In this document: piece after piece, positions 24,449-36,100 of the stretch
Position numbering within the stretch: position 1 is the stretch's first letter
How the letters are laid out: each line of letters begins with the position of its first letter
Origin: Amphiscolops sp. MND2022
Lineage: Eukaryota
Reading direction: 5' to 3'
NCBI GenBank assembly: GCA_964187785.1
Contig: CAXLNC010001113.1
Location: 62,001-126,000, forward strand
DNA length: 64,000 nucleotides
Position numbers and translations under genes: made by a program
Notes under the pieces: model-generated
What the model was told of the DNA's origin: nothing
Seen by the model: the letters and a program-made list of their open reading frames with translations, nothing else
Database searches by the model: none

Positions 24449-27429
24449 CAACATGGAGCGAGTCATCCCTTCTGTGAAACAAAAGAAACAGAGGACCTAC
24501 AAACCATCACAGCTTTATCACTGTTCATCAACATGGGGTAGATCTTGTCTCACACCTGGTCCATAGAAGTGACGTCTCACCTCCTCCGCTGGACTGAGCC
24601 GGGTCTGCTTCGTGCTTCAGGATCTTCTGTTCTACTACCTGATGCCTGTCCGGCTGACCTCATTGCTGCCTTGGCGAGTGCTGGCTGGTGAGTAGTCACA
24701 AGTCGCAGCGTGCGCTTCAGCAAATCATTCTCTGCCCGCATCAACCTCTTATCCTCTTCTGCTTCTTCCCTCATGGCCGCTGCTTCGCGCCCCATCTGAA
24801 ACATCAGGGTTTCCATCCTAGAGGCTCTACTCTTTGCGGACACACTCTGCGCTTTGAATCCCCTGGCGAGACCGGTCACTTCCACCAAGAGTTCCTGCGC
24901 ATCTTGTTCTGGAATCATACCTCGCAACCCTTGGAAGAGCTCAGGATCAAGTCCATCATCCTCCCCTTCGTCCTCCTCATCCCGAGGGACTACGCTTTGG
25001 GGAGAAGAACGACGCTTCCTTCGAGTCCTGGGTGCCTTCTTTGCGAGACGTGATTTCGACGCCTTTCGACGCCTCTTCCCTGCCTCTTCCGGGCTGCTGA
25101 TCATGGACACCTGCGATGGGGTGTATGGGGTCTTCAGTGACCCCGGAAATGGTGACCTTCGATGAGGTTCCTGCATCACCACACATGCCCTCAACAGACC
25201 TTGGACCATCACTTCCTTCCTGCCCCTTCCGGGATGTCCCTGCAACGCTGCTCGCCTTCTGCAAGTTCTCCGCAAGCTCCGCGTCATCAGCTTCGTCTGA
25301 AGAATCCCGATGAGGAGCCTTTTCCCCAGCGTCATGCTGTTGAACCTCCTCCGCTCTCTTCAAGACGATCCCGGTTCTCGGCGTGTGGGGTCTCTTCTCA
25401 CTCTTTTCTTCAGCAGGCGCACCTGCCTTTCCGGCATCCTTCTCTGCCTTTTCTAATGAGGCCTTGGAGACCTCCGAAGCGGGCTTCAATTCCACCGACT
25501 TCACTTTCTCCGTTCCATTGGCAATACTGCCTTTCTTCGCCTTTGGCTCTTCGCTCTCAGTTTCCGAGCGTCGTTTGAGCTGGACTGCCTTGTCTGTCTT
25601 CATCTCCTTCTCGGTGATTTCGCCTTTCCAGGGTCAGTGAGATCCGCAGGCTCTGGAGCCCTTTCCCATTTCAAAGTCTGATCGTTATAGACCAATGACT
25701 TCTCCCTGCCCGTCGGCCTTGAATATGCCTGTGTTATGCCTGCAAGGTCCCACTTCTGGGTCTCAAGCCCCTTCCGGAGAAAAGCCCACCTTGGTAGCTC
25801 GGGATCCAGAGTGGCATACCTCAAGATAGCATAGTGAATCTCACGAACCTGACGCACGTACTCAGGCATGATCGCAGGATCCGTCAATCCTTGGTGCGAG
25901 TAAGTGATCCCATGGAATGCCATCACCTTCACAGTGTCTGATGATGTCCTCGTTGCTCCGGTCACAGGCACTTTCGGCGGTGACATCATGTATGGATGGT
26001 CCATCGGTGGGATCTTCATGCCGTAGCACACATTCTCATCATATTGTTCCATTTCCAGGTTCGTCATCAGGTTCACGTTGGTGAGCACAGGCTCTCCCTG
26101 GTGCCGTTCGAACTCCCGGTGGTACGTCTTCACTGCTTCCTTGTCCCACACTGGAATGAGAGGGAGCGCCTTCCACGGTGTCGTCTCTGGAACATCGCCT
26201 GGCTTCTTTTGCTCTGGTCGAATCCCAGTCGAGCCTCCGTAGATCCGCTTCCAGGTCAAACCAGCACCGAGCACTGCATGCTTTTCCAGCGCGACGTTTT
26301 TTTTTGGCAAGAGATCGTGCATCTCACGCATCCTCTTATTTCTCTCCCACCATTCCTTCCGGTACTTCTTGATCCACGGTCGCCACGGCACCAGACACCT
26401 CACCTCGTTCGGTCCACACTGATAGTCCGTCACCACCACACCCCTCAATGGGTCCAAGATCTGACAATGTGACGCACGCAACCGCCCTTCCGGGATCCCA
26501 TAGCTGCACTCCAGATGCACCCAGTGCTCGCATGCACAACACGGCAACAAGCGAAAGCACTTCACTCCTGGACATAGTGCACACTCTCTTTTGGGCGCAG
26601 TGAACTTGAACCTCCACTGTGGCTCCTTCACTTCCAGACACGGCATCTCTCCATCCCATTCCGGGTACAAGTCGTATGGATCCACAAGTTCCTTGACCGA
26701 CGTCCCGAACAAGATGCCCGTGCTTGCCTGAAGCTGCTCACTTTCCTGACCCACGTCACGCAGAACTCCGGCTGCGTGCAGAAGTCCCTATCCTGGTCAG
26801 GAGGGATAATATCCCGTTGGACGGTCGTCCATCCGAAAGCTGCCACCTGCTGTGGTGTCTCGAAAACACGCAACTTCATCAGGAACATTTTCTCTCGAGC
26901 ATCGCTGCTTTTCCAAGGCTCGCTCATCTGGGACTCTTTTGATGACAGCGCTTCCAGCATGTATGAGAGGATGACCTTTGGCTTCCCATCAGCCGTTGCA
27001 GCTACCACTCGGGTCACTGTCGTGAACTGGCCTCTGTCGAATGAGTACTGATGCGAGAACCCATCCTTGCCTTCCAGCCCAATGTACAGCGGTGTCGGCG
27101 GAGCCCACAGTTCTGCCCATGGAAACCGTGGCCTGCCCAAGTATTTTGGTCCTGCGCTTAAGCCCCTTCCGGGAAGCGGTCCATCGATCATATCCTCATA
27201 CTCCGGTGCATCACCTTGAACCTCAGGTTCAGTAGGCTTCGTTGGTTCTTCCTCCTCTGGATCACCAAAATCCACGCCGTCATCCACCTGCTCCTCATGA
27301 GGGTTCCCTTTCTTGTCCTTGAAGACTGTGAAGACATCCTTGAGCTTGACCATTGACTTCTCATGGTTGAAGTCCGCACTGGGGCTGGCACGCAGGCCAT
27401 CCATTACCTCCTTGAGGTTCTGGTACGCT

Positions 27430-28551
27430 CTTGTTCAACATTTCGTTTTGGACGAAGGAGGGAGCAATCGATTGGAGCTGGCTTGGACTAGATAACCCCG
27501 GAAGGGAGAGAGAGGCGGACTCACTTTTACAAGATAGCCGAAAGGGCATTAGTAGACTTCTTCGTAGACTCGCCATGGCCATGTGCAATGTCAGTCTTGC
27601 GGATCCTCCAGATGTGTGAAGCGGATGACCTGAGCGTCTTACAGATGCCAAAGACTTGCCCGTAGTGCAACCATGTTCTGAGGCTGGAAGGCATGTCACT
27701 CTACATGCAGATTTGGACCTACTTGGACCATGCCAAGACAGGCAAGGCGTGCACCAATACCTATGCTGGCATACTGGTAGAGAATGAAATCAAGGGACAA
27801 GCTTTTCCCAATGTGCGCGATCTCCTTTCTGTGAAGGACAAGCAGGCGGTCAAGGAATTCGAGTCGACTTCCGCAGTGGTCTACATCTCTGGAAAGGGAC
27901 ATCGTCAGTGGCCTTCGGTGGCAGAATCGACAATGGTTTTCATTGCCAAATGTGTCGGAAAGGCGAGGGAGGAGTTCCTCCGACAGATCGCTGTGCTTCG
28001 TTTGAGGCAGAAGGCAGCCCGGAAGGAGGATGAAGAAGCACTTCGTGAAGCGGCCCGAGAGGCATCAAGCAGGCCAAAGGTGAAGAACCAGGACAGGCAG
28101 TAACCCTTGATGATATTCAGGTGGCACGCCAGAAGGAAGACCATCTTCGCTACTGGACGGCTCCGTTCAGGTGGGGACTGAGGACCAGAGAAGGACCACC
28201 CCTGGAAAGGCTCATACCATTGATCTCCATGACTGAAGTTTTGACAGTTCCAGTGTCTGGAGTCAAGGCAGAGGCCGACTGCAAGCTCTGGCCGGAGTGT
28301 CATCAGTTGGGTACTTGGTCAGATGCGGGTGAGCCAGAGCGTTGGAATGACATGTGGAGACAGCGTAACAACCGCCCACATGACATCTGGGCTACGCAAG
28401 GCGTGGGAGAAGGTCTTCCAATTCTGGTGCCATTAGCAAAGGATCCGCGATCAGACAGGCTCTTGATGGATCAGCTGGTGGATACGGGGTCGAGAACCGT
28501 GGAAGGCAAGGCGGCAATGAACGGCGAGATGATCCGCAGGATGGGTGAGCA
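27430..28551 (+). other. Internal ~1.1-kb inversion in copy B ORF2
   Basis: Plus-strand ORFs 27431, 27693 and 28121 (LFNISFW, MSLYMQI, QKEDHLRYW) are the continuation of minus-strand ...DRIES, and are contiguous on the minus strand of copy C. Confidence 0.92.
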
Positions 28552-31500
28552 GGACTCAATGCGATCACCTCTGTCTGACTTGTTATCCCCGACGTTCACG
28601 AAAATGCCTGGCGACACACTCTTGGCTGCCTCGATGAAGATGTCGTTACCCCAGTCTGATGTCTTCAATCCCTCGCTTCCAGTCCTGATCTCAGTTCCTG
28701 CTGCATATACCGGGACTCCCTGTCCGCATTCAGACAATGGTTTTGCAACTGGAACGCTCACACAGGCATACAACTCAACGATGAAATGCACAAGATCGCT
28801 ATGAGGTGGCATAGCCTCTTCCGGGGAGTGAGTCTTCACACAACGATAAGCCCACTCCAAGAAGGCCCTCATCCATGAATCTTGTTGACATCTGACAACA
28901 GGGTCGGCACTGTGAGCATGGGGACTCGTCCTTCCTTCTGCACCGGATTGTCTGGGTCCAGATGATAGTTGGCTCCCAGGTTGCCCATCTCGATCTGAGC
29001 ACGTAGTCCCTCATTCCAGGGTATCCTAGCACCCCACGTCTTTTCCCAGAAGTAGATCAACGTGTCGATTCCCAACGCTTCTGGATTTGGCAGCGGAACC
29101 ACCGTCCTCTTGGGTTGACCCTGCAGGTCAGTCTCACCTAGACGTGACCGTGACCATTGGAAGACCCCAGCCGCTTCCGGGAAGGGTAAGACAATGACTT
29201 CACCTTGGTCTCGAACCGGATGATACATGCCTTCCACCCATCCTTCCACAGGAGACTCGTACGGCTGAGCGTTGAGCAACTTCCCTATCAACAGGCTTGG
29301 CAATGGCGCGATGCCCACCGCTGTCTTGCTGATCTCAGTGGAGATTTTGCTGAGGTTCTCCTTCTGTTGCTTCTTCTTGCGCTCCTCCCAATTGATTTGC
29401 TTCGAGCTGGCTGGCGGGCCCCCTTGACTGCGGAGTGATTCCAAGACCATCGTGGTGTAGGACATACCTGGATCCTTGTCTTCCTGCTTCTTTGCCATCA
29501 TCTCCTTCCCCTTTTGTTCAAGGGTCTTAGTTGCTTCTTTAGAGGATGGAGACTGTGCAGTCGGTCCTGCCCCTGCGGTTGCTGTCATGGAGCCCCTCGG
29601 GGATGATGCTGCCTGCTGACTGCCTCCCCTTCCGGGCGGAGCAGCAGTAGAGACTGACACGGATGGCTGACTGTCTCCCTTGCCTGGTGCCGGTGCACTG
29701 GGGACTGAAGCATATGCTGCCTTGAGACTCAGTGAGCTCGAGCGGGACTTTGGTTTCCCCGTCGGAGGGGGCTTCTTCACCGGGACTGTCCTTCCCATTG
29801 ATTCTGCCGGTGTGGGAAACTGTTCTTGAATGGTCCCTGGTGACTGCGATCCCTTGGTACTGGACTTTGCCATCACCGCGCTATCACTGGCTGGCTTGGT
29901 TGGAAGTCCCTGTACTGCAGCCAATCCGCCTCCTTTCGGAATTGGAGGACCTTTTGCAGCTGGCGCTTGAGCGGCGGTACCCTCCTGACTGCTTGCTGCA
30001 CTTCCGGCTGCACCCGCCTTTGACAAAGCAGAAGACGGAACCGAAGGTGGTGGCATAGAGGATGTCCCTGCATCCTTCGCAGTCGAAGAGGTAGCCGTCG
30101 ATGAAGAGCCCCTTCCGGGATCCAAGCTGCCTGGACTGGGCCGCTGCTAACAAAGAAGCTTTAGTCCCACTAGGTCCACGATATGCGGATGACATTCCCT
30201 GAGTCAAATCGAATCCAGACCCCATCCAAGGAAAACGTGCACTCGCTGATTTGACCGCATTTGATGACCCAACGCTATGCTGCTTGGTAGCGCTCACAGC
30301 AATCGGCCAGATGCGTCTCCCGCTATCCTTTCTCGACATCACCAAGAGCTCATTCTCGGCAGTTGTTCCCTGTCTCTGGACATGCTGAGCATCACACCAC
30401 TGGTCAACATGGAGCACATCCTTCCACTGCTCATCAGTGTCTGAGACCAGTCCCCAATCACCCTCAAAACCCTGTGTTGCCGGGTGGCTATTCAGCATGC
30501 TCTTTCCTCGCCACAAGCGATCGAAGATCCTAACCTCTGGTCCTGTGGAGCAATTTGCGAGTCCCATTGCCTCTCGGGCGTCTAGTGATGCCATTATATA
30601 TATGCCGTTGCCACTTCCGGGCTGTACGTGCAGGCTGTAGTCACCTGCATCTGCACCGCCTCTGCGCCCGGCATAGAGCAATGAGGAACTCGCGAGGTGA
30701 GCACATCCAGGGGCTTCAATCCTTGGAACAGCACATCATCCTCCTTGGAAAGCATTCTCAATGACTCAGGATACCTCTTCGGCCCATACAACCTCTCGGA
30801 CCCGTATTCATCTGACTTTGCGTAGGTGCCGCCCTCGATCTTTCCTGCCTCGTTGAACATTGTCATGAAGGCTAAGTCAGAGGTGATTGGTGTTCCGATA
30901 GACAATGTCAAAAACCGATCCGAAAGGGCTTTCCGCCCAGTAGTCCTCAGTCTTGCCCAGGGAGATCTTGATGGCATTCGGTGGGATCTGGAATGGTTGC
31001 AATGCATTGACTGCCGGCTGAATGTCCACTCGTGGCAAGTGTCCTTCCGACGTCAGATTCAACTCATTGACTCCCACCAGATAGGCTGGCCCATTCCGGG
31101 AAATGCCTTCAACCCACGACGACCAATCCTTGCTCTCTGCTGGTGTCGCCCAGTACTTTAGTTCCCTTCCAGGGGCGGCAAAGTGCTCTGTTCTTGCTCC
31201 CATCTCTCTGCCGTCGATTATGGCCTTTTTCAAGGGAAGCATGAACAATGGAGAATACGCCAGTGTAGACCTTCCGGTACCCCACTCTCCGCCATAAACA
31301 GGGCTCGCATACTTTCCAGTGATTCCCCTCATCATCACCTGCATGTGGAATTCCTCCCACAAAGCGTGCAACAGCAAAGTGCCATACCACCGATCTGTCC
31401 TTGGCCGCTCCCTTCCCATTGGTAGACCTGAGTCACCCATGGTCTCGCCAATCTGTGCAATGTTCTGCCATACCTGCATGACGGTCTTATACTTGAAACC

Positions 31501-31559
31501 TGCAGCTTCCTTGTATTTACGGCTCGCCCTTTCCAGGGAAGGTCTCTGATGTCGGTCAC

Positions 31560-33150
31560 CCCACAGTAGTTCAGGATGCCCTCGACCAAGTCAATGGCTT
31601 GCAGCAAGCTCATGATGTCCCCGTCCGGGTGGTTGTATCTATCCAAGGTGTTCATGGTGCACAACTCGTCCTCCCGGGAAAGCACTGCGGCCACCTTGAC
31701 TGCCCCTTCCAGGACTCCATACTCCCTTGCCTTCGCCAATGTTCGGGCCCATTCCGGGGAAAAGTCAAACGAAAGCTTAGAGCTGCCCATTGGAGTCAGT
31801 CGACCTGCATCGTCCAGCATGTCCAACACGCGCATCCTCTGCGTTGTAGCCTGGATCACTACCTTGCTGGGCGCATTCAGCGTTGGAAACTTCTCGATCT
31901 CAATCCCCACCTTCTTGCACACACTCAACAATGGTGCGATGTCAGCATTGAGCAACTCAGGGGTTTTGGGACCGCGAAACCGTCCCCTTCACGTGCTTTC
32001 CTGGAGCTACCCTTCCGGATCTGCCTCCTTGCTGAATCAGGTCACTAATAGACACTGTCTGAATGCAATTCACGTCCTCTCGGGATCTCAAGTTCGGTGA
32101 ACACACACGGACCCCTGTCGTCGAAATGACCACTGCCACGGACGTGAGCGTCGCTCCAGTTTGGTTGACATTCGTAGTCAGACCTACCTTCCGGTTCCGT
32201 GTCACCGCCCTCTCGATATCCTTCCGGACATGTGTCTTTGCTGTGGGTGGAGGAACCTTCATCCCGTCTTTCTCATGTGCTTGTAGACGTTGGATCCCAT
32301 ACCCAGACATATAGTAGGGCATTTTTCTTCCAAAGACTGCTGAGCCACTTACAGGTTGGTCGAAGTACTGCCATGTCTCTGGACTCTCTCCACTGTACAT
32401 CGGCACTATCTCCAAACCACGCGTGTACCCCAGTTCCTGCCACCTGATCAGCAACTTTGACAGAGCCCGTATCTGTGGCTTACCTGGACAGAACACAAGG
32501 AAATGATCACAATATGCTGCCCTTCCGGGACTCCGTTGACAAGATCTCGATCACATCGTTCATGATGCATGGTGACGATCAGCCTTGCCGTCAACTCCAA
32601 GACATTCGTCAGCTTCGTGATGTCCCTCTGCAAAAAGAAACGGGATACCTTGTACTCATGCTGATCGATCTCAATGTCCTGTGCTCCCGGAATTGCCTGT
32701 TTCAGCTCTGCCACGTCCAGTCGCCGACATCAGGATAAGGATCATAGTGTGGTTTTCCTTCATCTGTGTCCTGGCCAATCCAATAATCATCTGAGTGTAC
32801 ATTGTCCGCTCGTGCACCTCATCGGCTACCACAATTGTCACAGGGTGAGCTGGCTTCAACTCTCGGTTGTTGATCAAAGCGTACACCCCAATCGCCTCCG
32901 TCATGTACATCAGACGAGTTGCCGGACCGGCGCTCCTATTCTTGGACACATGGAATCCTACCACTGCCTGACCCACCGTTCCATGTCGCTTCCGGACCTC
33001 TTCTGCGAGCGAAATGGTGACTTTCCGTCTTTGCTGTGAGCGTAGCACCATGCCAGGACTCGTCACACGGTCCGCACAGTGCTCTTCCAGCCACCTCATT
33101 GCTTCCCAAGGTACCACCGTGGACTTGCCAGTGCCTGTCGGGCCATGGAC
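31560..33150 (-). pseudogene. DEAH/RHA (HrpA/Prp43/DHX-like) helicase domain in copy B
   Basis: GPTGTGKST (33118-33144), DEVHER, MSAT, LVFCPGK, TNVNQTGATL, QQGGRSGR and an HA2-like FSPEWARTL segment. Frameshifted. Confidence 0.88.
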
Positions 33151-36100
33151 AATAATTGTCCTTGCCCCAACAGTGTCTGATAGGTCATGTTTTGCACTTT
33201 CGGCGAGATTGGCAATGTCCGTCAACGTTGCTCTCAAGCGATGTGCTGCCAGAGAGTGTGTATCCTGAGCATCTGCCATTTTCTGCGCCATTTCTGACTG
33301 TGTAGGCATCGCCACCCCTTCTCCAAAACCGCTTCCGGGTAGAGGAGGAGGGGGTGGCGGCTGGTCCACTCGCATCCGCGAAGGGTCTGGCATTGCCTGT
33401 GAAGGTGGAATAATAACTGGCTTCTTCTCAATCACCCGCCTTTCGGATACATCAGATGCCCTTCCGGCGGAGGATTGAGGTGGCCCAGACCCTCGAGGGC
33501 CAGGCATCTGCTGCTTATCAGGAGGCGTCTTTTCACGATACACCGATCCCTCCCCTCTATGGGACATAGGGATTACTAACCTCCCATGAGCAACTTCTTG
33601 TAAACGGCTTCAAATAGTCAAATAAATTCAATCCCTTCCGGGCCATGCGCAGCACTAGTCAACACCCCTTCCGGGGAAGTCAGTCAGCTTCGAGGGTGAT
33701 ACAAAGGGAGATCACTTCACAAATATGAAGGGACTTCCATGCCCAGATGAGACATGAGAGCCAATTGAAGATTCCGACCAAGAATTTTGGTCAGTCCATC
33801 AGCCTTCTGCGTTCTGCCTGGTTCAAACACAGGATCAACACACGGTGGGTGAAGAAGAGTCCCATAGCACACATCGCGAAGGTAACTGTAACACTTCCCA
33901 AAGGGTCTAGTGCGAACAACGATAGAGTCATTCCTCAGCTGTTTGAGGCCTGTATCGTTATCAGTCCTCATGGGAATCTTCAGCTGAGGAGTTATCCCTG
34001 TGCTCACTCCAAGAAAGGTCAAAGCGTCATATGTCAAGAGGGCAGTCATCACTCTTTCTGACATAGCAACAATATCTGTCTCTGGGGCGGAGTAAGCAGT
34101 AATGGTTTGCCTTCTCGAGGACCATTGCAACACTGAATACTTGCCCGTTCCGGGATGAACCAAACAGACCATGTAACCTGATCTGCTCCTACCTTGGCTT
34201 GTCGCAAAACTGGCATCAGTGTAAGCATGAATATGAAAACATGGAATCTCAGGAGTCACTTGCTCCTTCTCGGTTGACTGTCCTTCTTGACATATCCGCG
34301 AGGCTATCTGTCTTCCATGAGAATCCTCAGCCGAAACAGCCAAACAGTCCACCATCGAGCCCCTTTCAGGAGAAAGTGTGGACATCACGTCAAAGCGAGT
34401 TGACCAGACAAATCTCCACAAATCAACCAAAAGAGCAGCCACAGCCTTGGGAGTCCTCACCATCATGGAAGCACAGATGCCAAGGACAGCTGAGATGTCT
34501 GGCCTTGTCCTTGTGGCCAACCACATCAGTTGTCCTATATATCTCTGGCAATCCGTCACATGCTTCCTTTTGTCCGCTTCCGGGAGAACTTCAACAGGCA
34601 GTTTCTCATCTACTACTGGCAGATGATGTCGCGGCTTCATTGAATCAAGGTCACCGCCTGTGACTCACCCACAAAAGAATTCTCATGCATGCAGTGCAGG
34701 ATATATTTCTCTTGGTCGCATAGTACAGTGCCAGTTGAGTCCCGATTAATCCTACATCCCAGGAATCCAATCTGCACGTCCTTCTTCTGCGGTCCACTTG
34801 GGAGACACCCTGACTGCTTCATCACATACTTCTTTAACAAGAGACGTATGACAGGTCGCATATGCACTTCCGGCATCGCGAATAAAAGGTCATCCACATA
34901 AGTCACGACACCTCCAAGCAGTTCCAGTGGCTTATCTTGTCCCTCTGTCTGTACTCCGATTGAGCGAGTCTGCGATGACTTCGTTCCCTGCCTTCCGGCC
35001 TTAGACACTGGTCCTTTCTCAGCCTGGAGTGGAACCACCGCCCAAACACACGGATTGCGTTTTGCTGGAGTTAGACCATACCAGGATCCCTCGACTTCCC
35101 ACTGCAGTCCTGCCAACGAGTTGTCTCGCTCAACTTCCCATGCCAATGGAGACGTCCGCAACACATATAGCGCCTTCTTCAACTTCCAGATGGTCCCTTC
35201 CGGGAGTAACCCCAACTTTTCTATCACCTTCGGCGGTCTCATGTAGATGTATTGACCATCCAAGTCCGTCTCCCTGTCCCCATACAGTCTGGCGTACAGG
35301 AACGCTGTTGACACATCCCATGTCTCAATCGGCCAACCTCTATACGAAGCCTAAGACAACAGCATCCTCAGCATCGGATATGATGGAGTCTTGGAAGAAG
35401 TCATCTCATCAGGATGCACTGTCTGCAAGTTTCCGCACCTTCCAGGTTAGGTTTCACCACAAACACCAAACGGCCTGGCAAGATTTCCGCTCCACGGATC
35501 TCCTTCAACGTGACAACCTCATAAACCCCCAATTTTGCAAAAGATTCTAATTCTGCTAGGATCGCCTCCTTCCACTCTGCTTGTTCTGGGCCGAACACCA
35601 CCCGCAACTCCTGTGTCACAGTCTTTGCCATTGCTGGCCCCGCAAAGTAGTCTGGAACTTCCTGTTGACTCAAGGCAGTGACATATGCAACATCGTCGAA
35701 AAGATGCCTCTACCAGCTCCTGTTGCTTGCTGATCGGCAACCCTGTAACACAGTACACCGTCTTCGTTTTCTTCTCACGGTCACCAACTCCTAAGCATTC
35801 CTCATCCTCCCTTTCCAGGGGCTCTTGTTTTGTCAGTTGCATCGCCCTGACCTCTGGCTGATCCGCAATTCTCACCCAGCGTTCAGAAATCAATTCCTCA
35901 TTCTGCCAACCTAGTCGAATCATGGACACTTCAAAGGTAAGAAGGTCTTCTTCTTCAGTTCTGTACCCTTGAGATTCTGCCGAGGCAAAGCTCCCTTCAG
36001 ACATCGTGTCATTCTCCTCAGTTTCTTCGAACCTGGCTTCCCGTTCGTCCATCTTCTGCCCATCTCTTCCCCTTCCGGGCGACGCATGACTCAGTGGTTG

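Larger units (their letters stand above)
24577..33567 (-). pseudogene. ORF2 of copy B: DEAH/RHA helicase + long unknown region + PHD-like finger + basic/coiled-coil tail (disrupted)
   Basis: Starts MSHRGEGSVY as in copy C. The ORF fragments align with copy C ORF2. Has a ~0.9-kb deletion near 31215 and an inversion at 27430-28551. Confidence 0.9.

Noticed and set aside
24372-24566. Antisense peptide IDTPPRGNMERVIPSVKQ present in all three copies
   Set aside because: It is explained by nucleotide conservation of the PPT-adjacent block. Start codons differ and the frame diverges in C.
33633-33641. CCGGAAG as an ETS-type transcription-factor site
   Set aside because: ETS factors are animal-specific. 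The strand bias, GAGA loop variants and compensatory stem change fit an RNA hairpin better.
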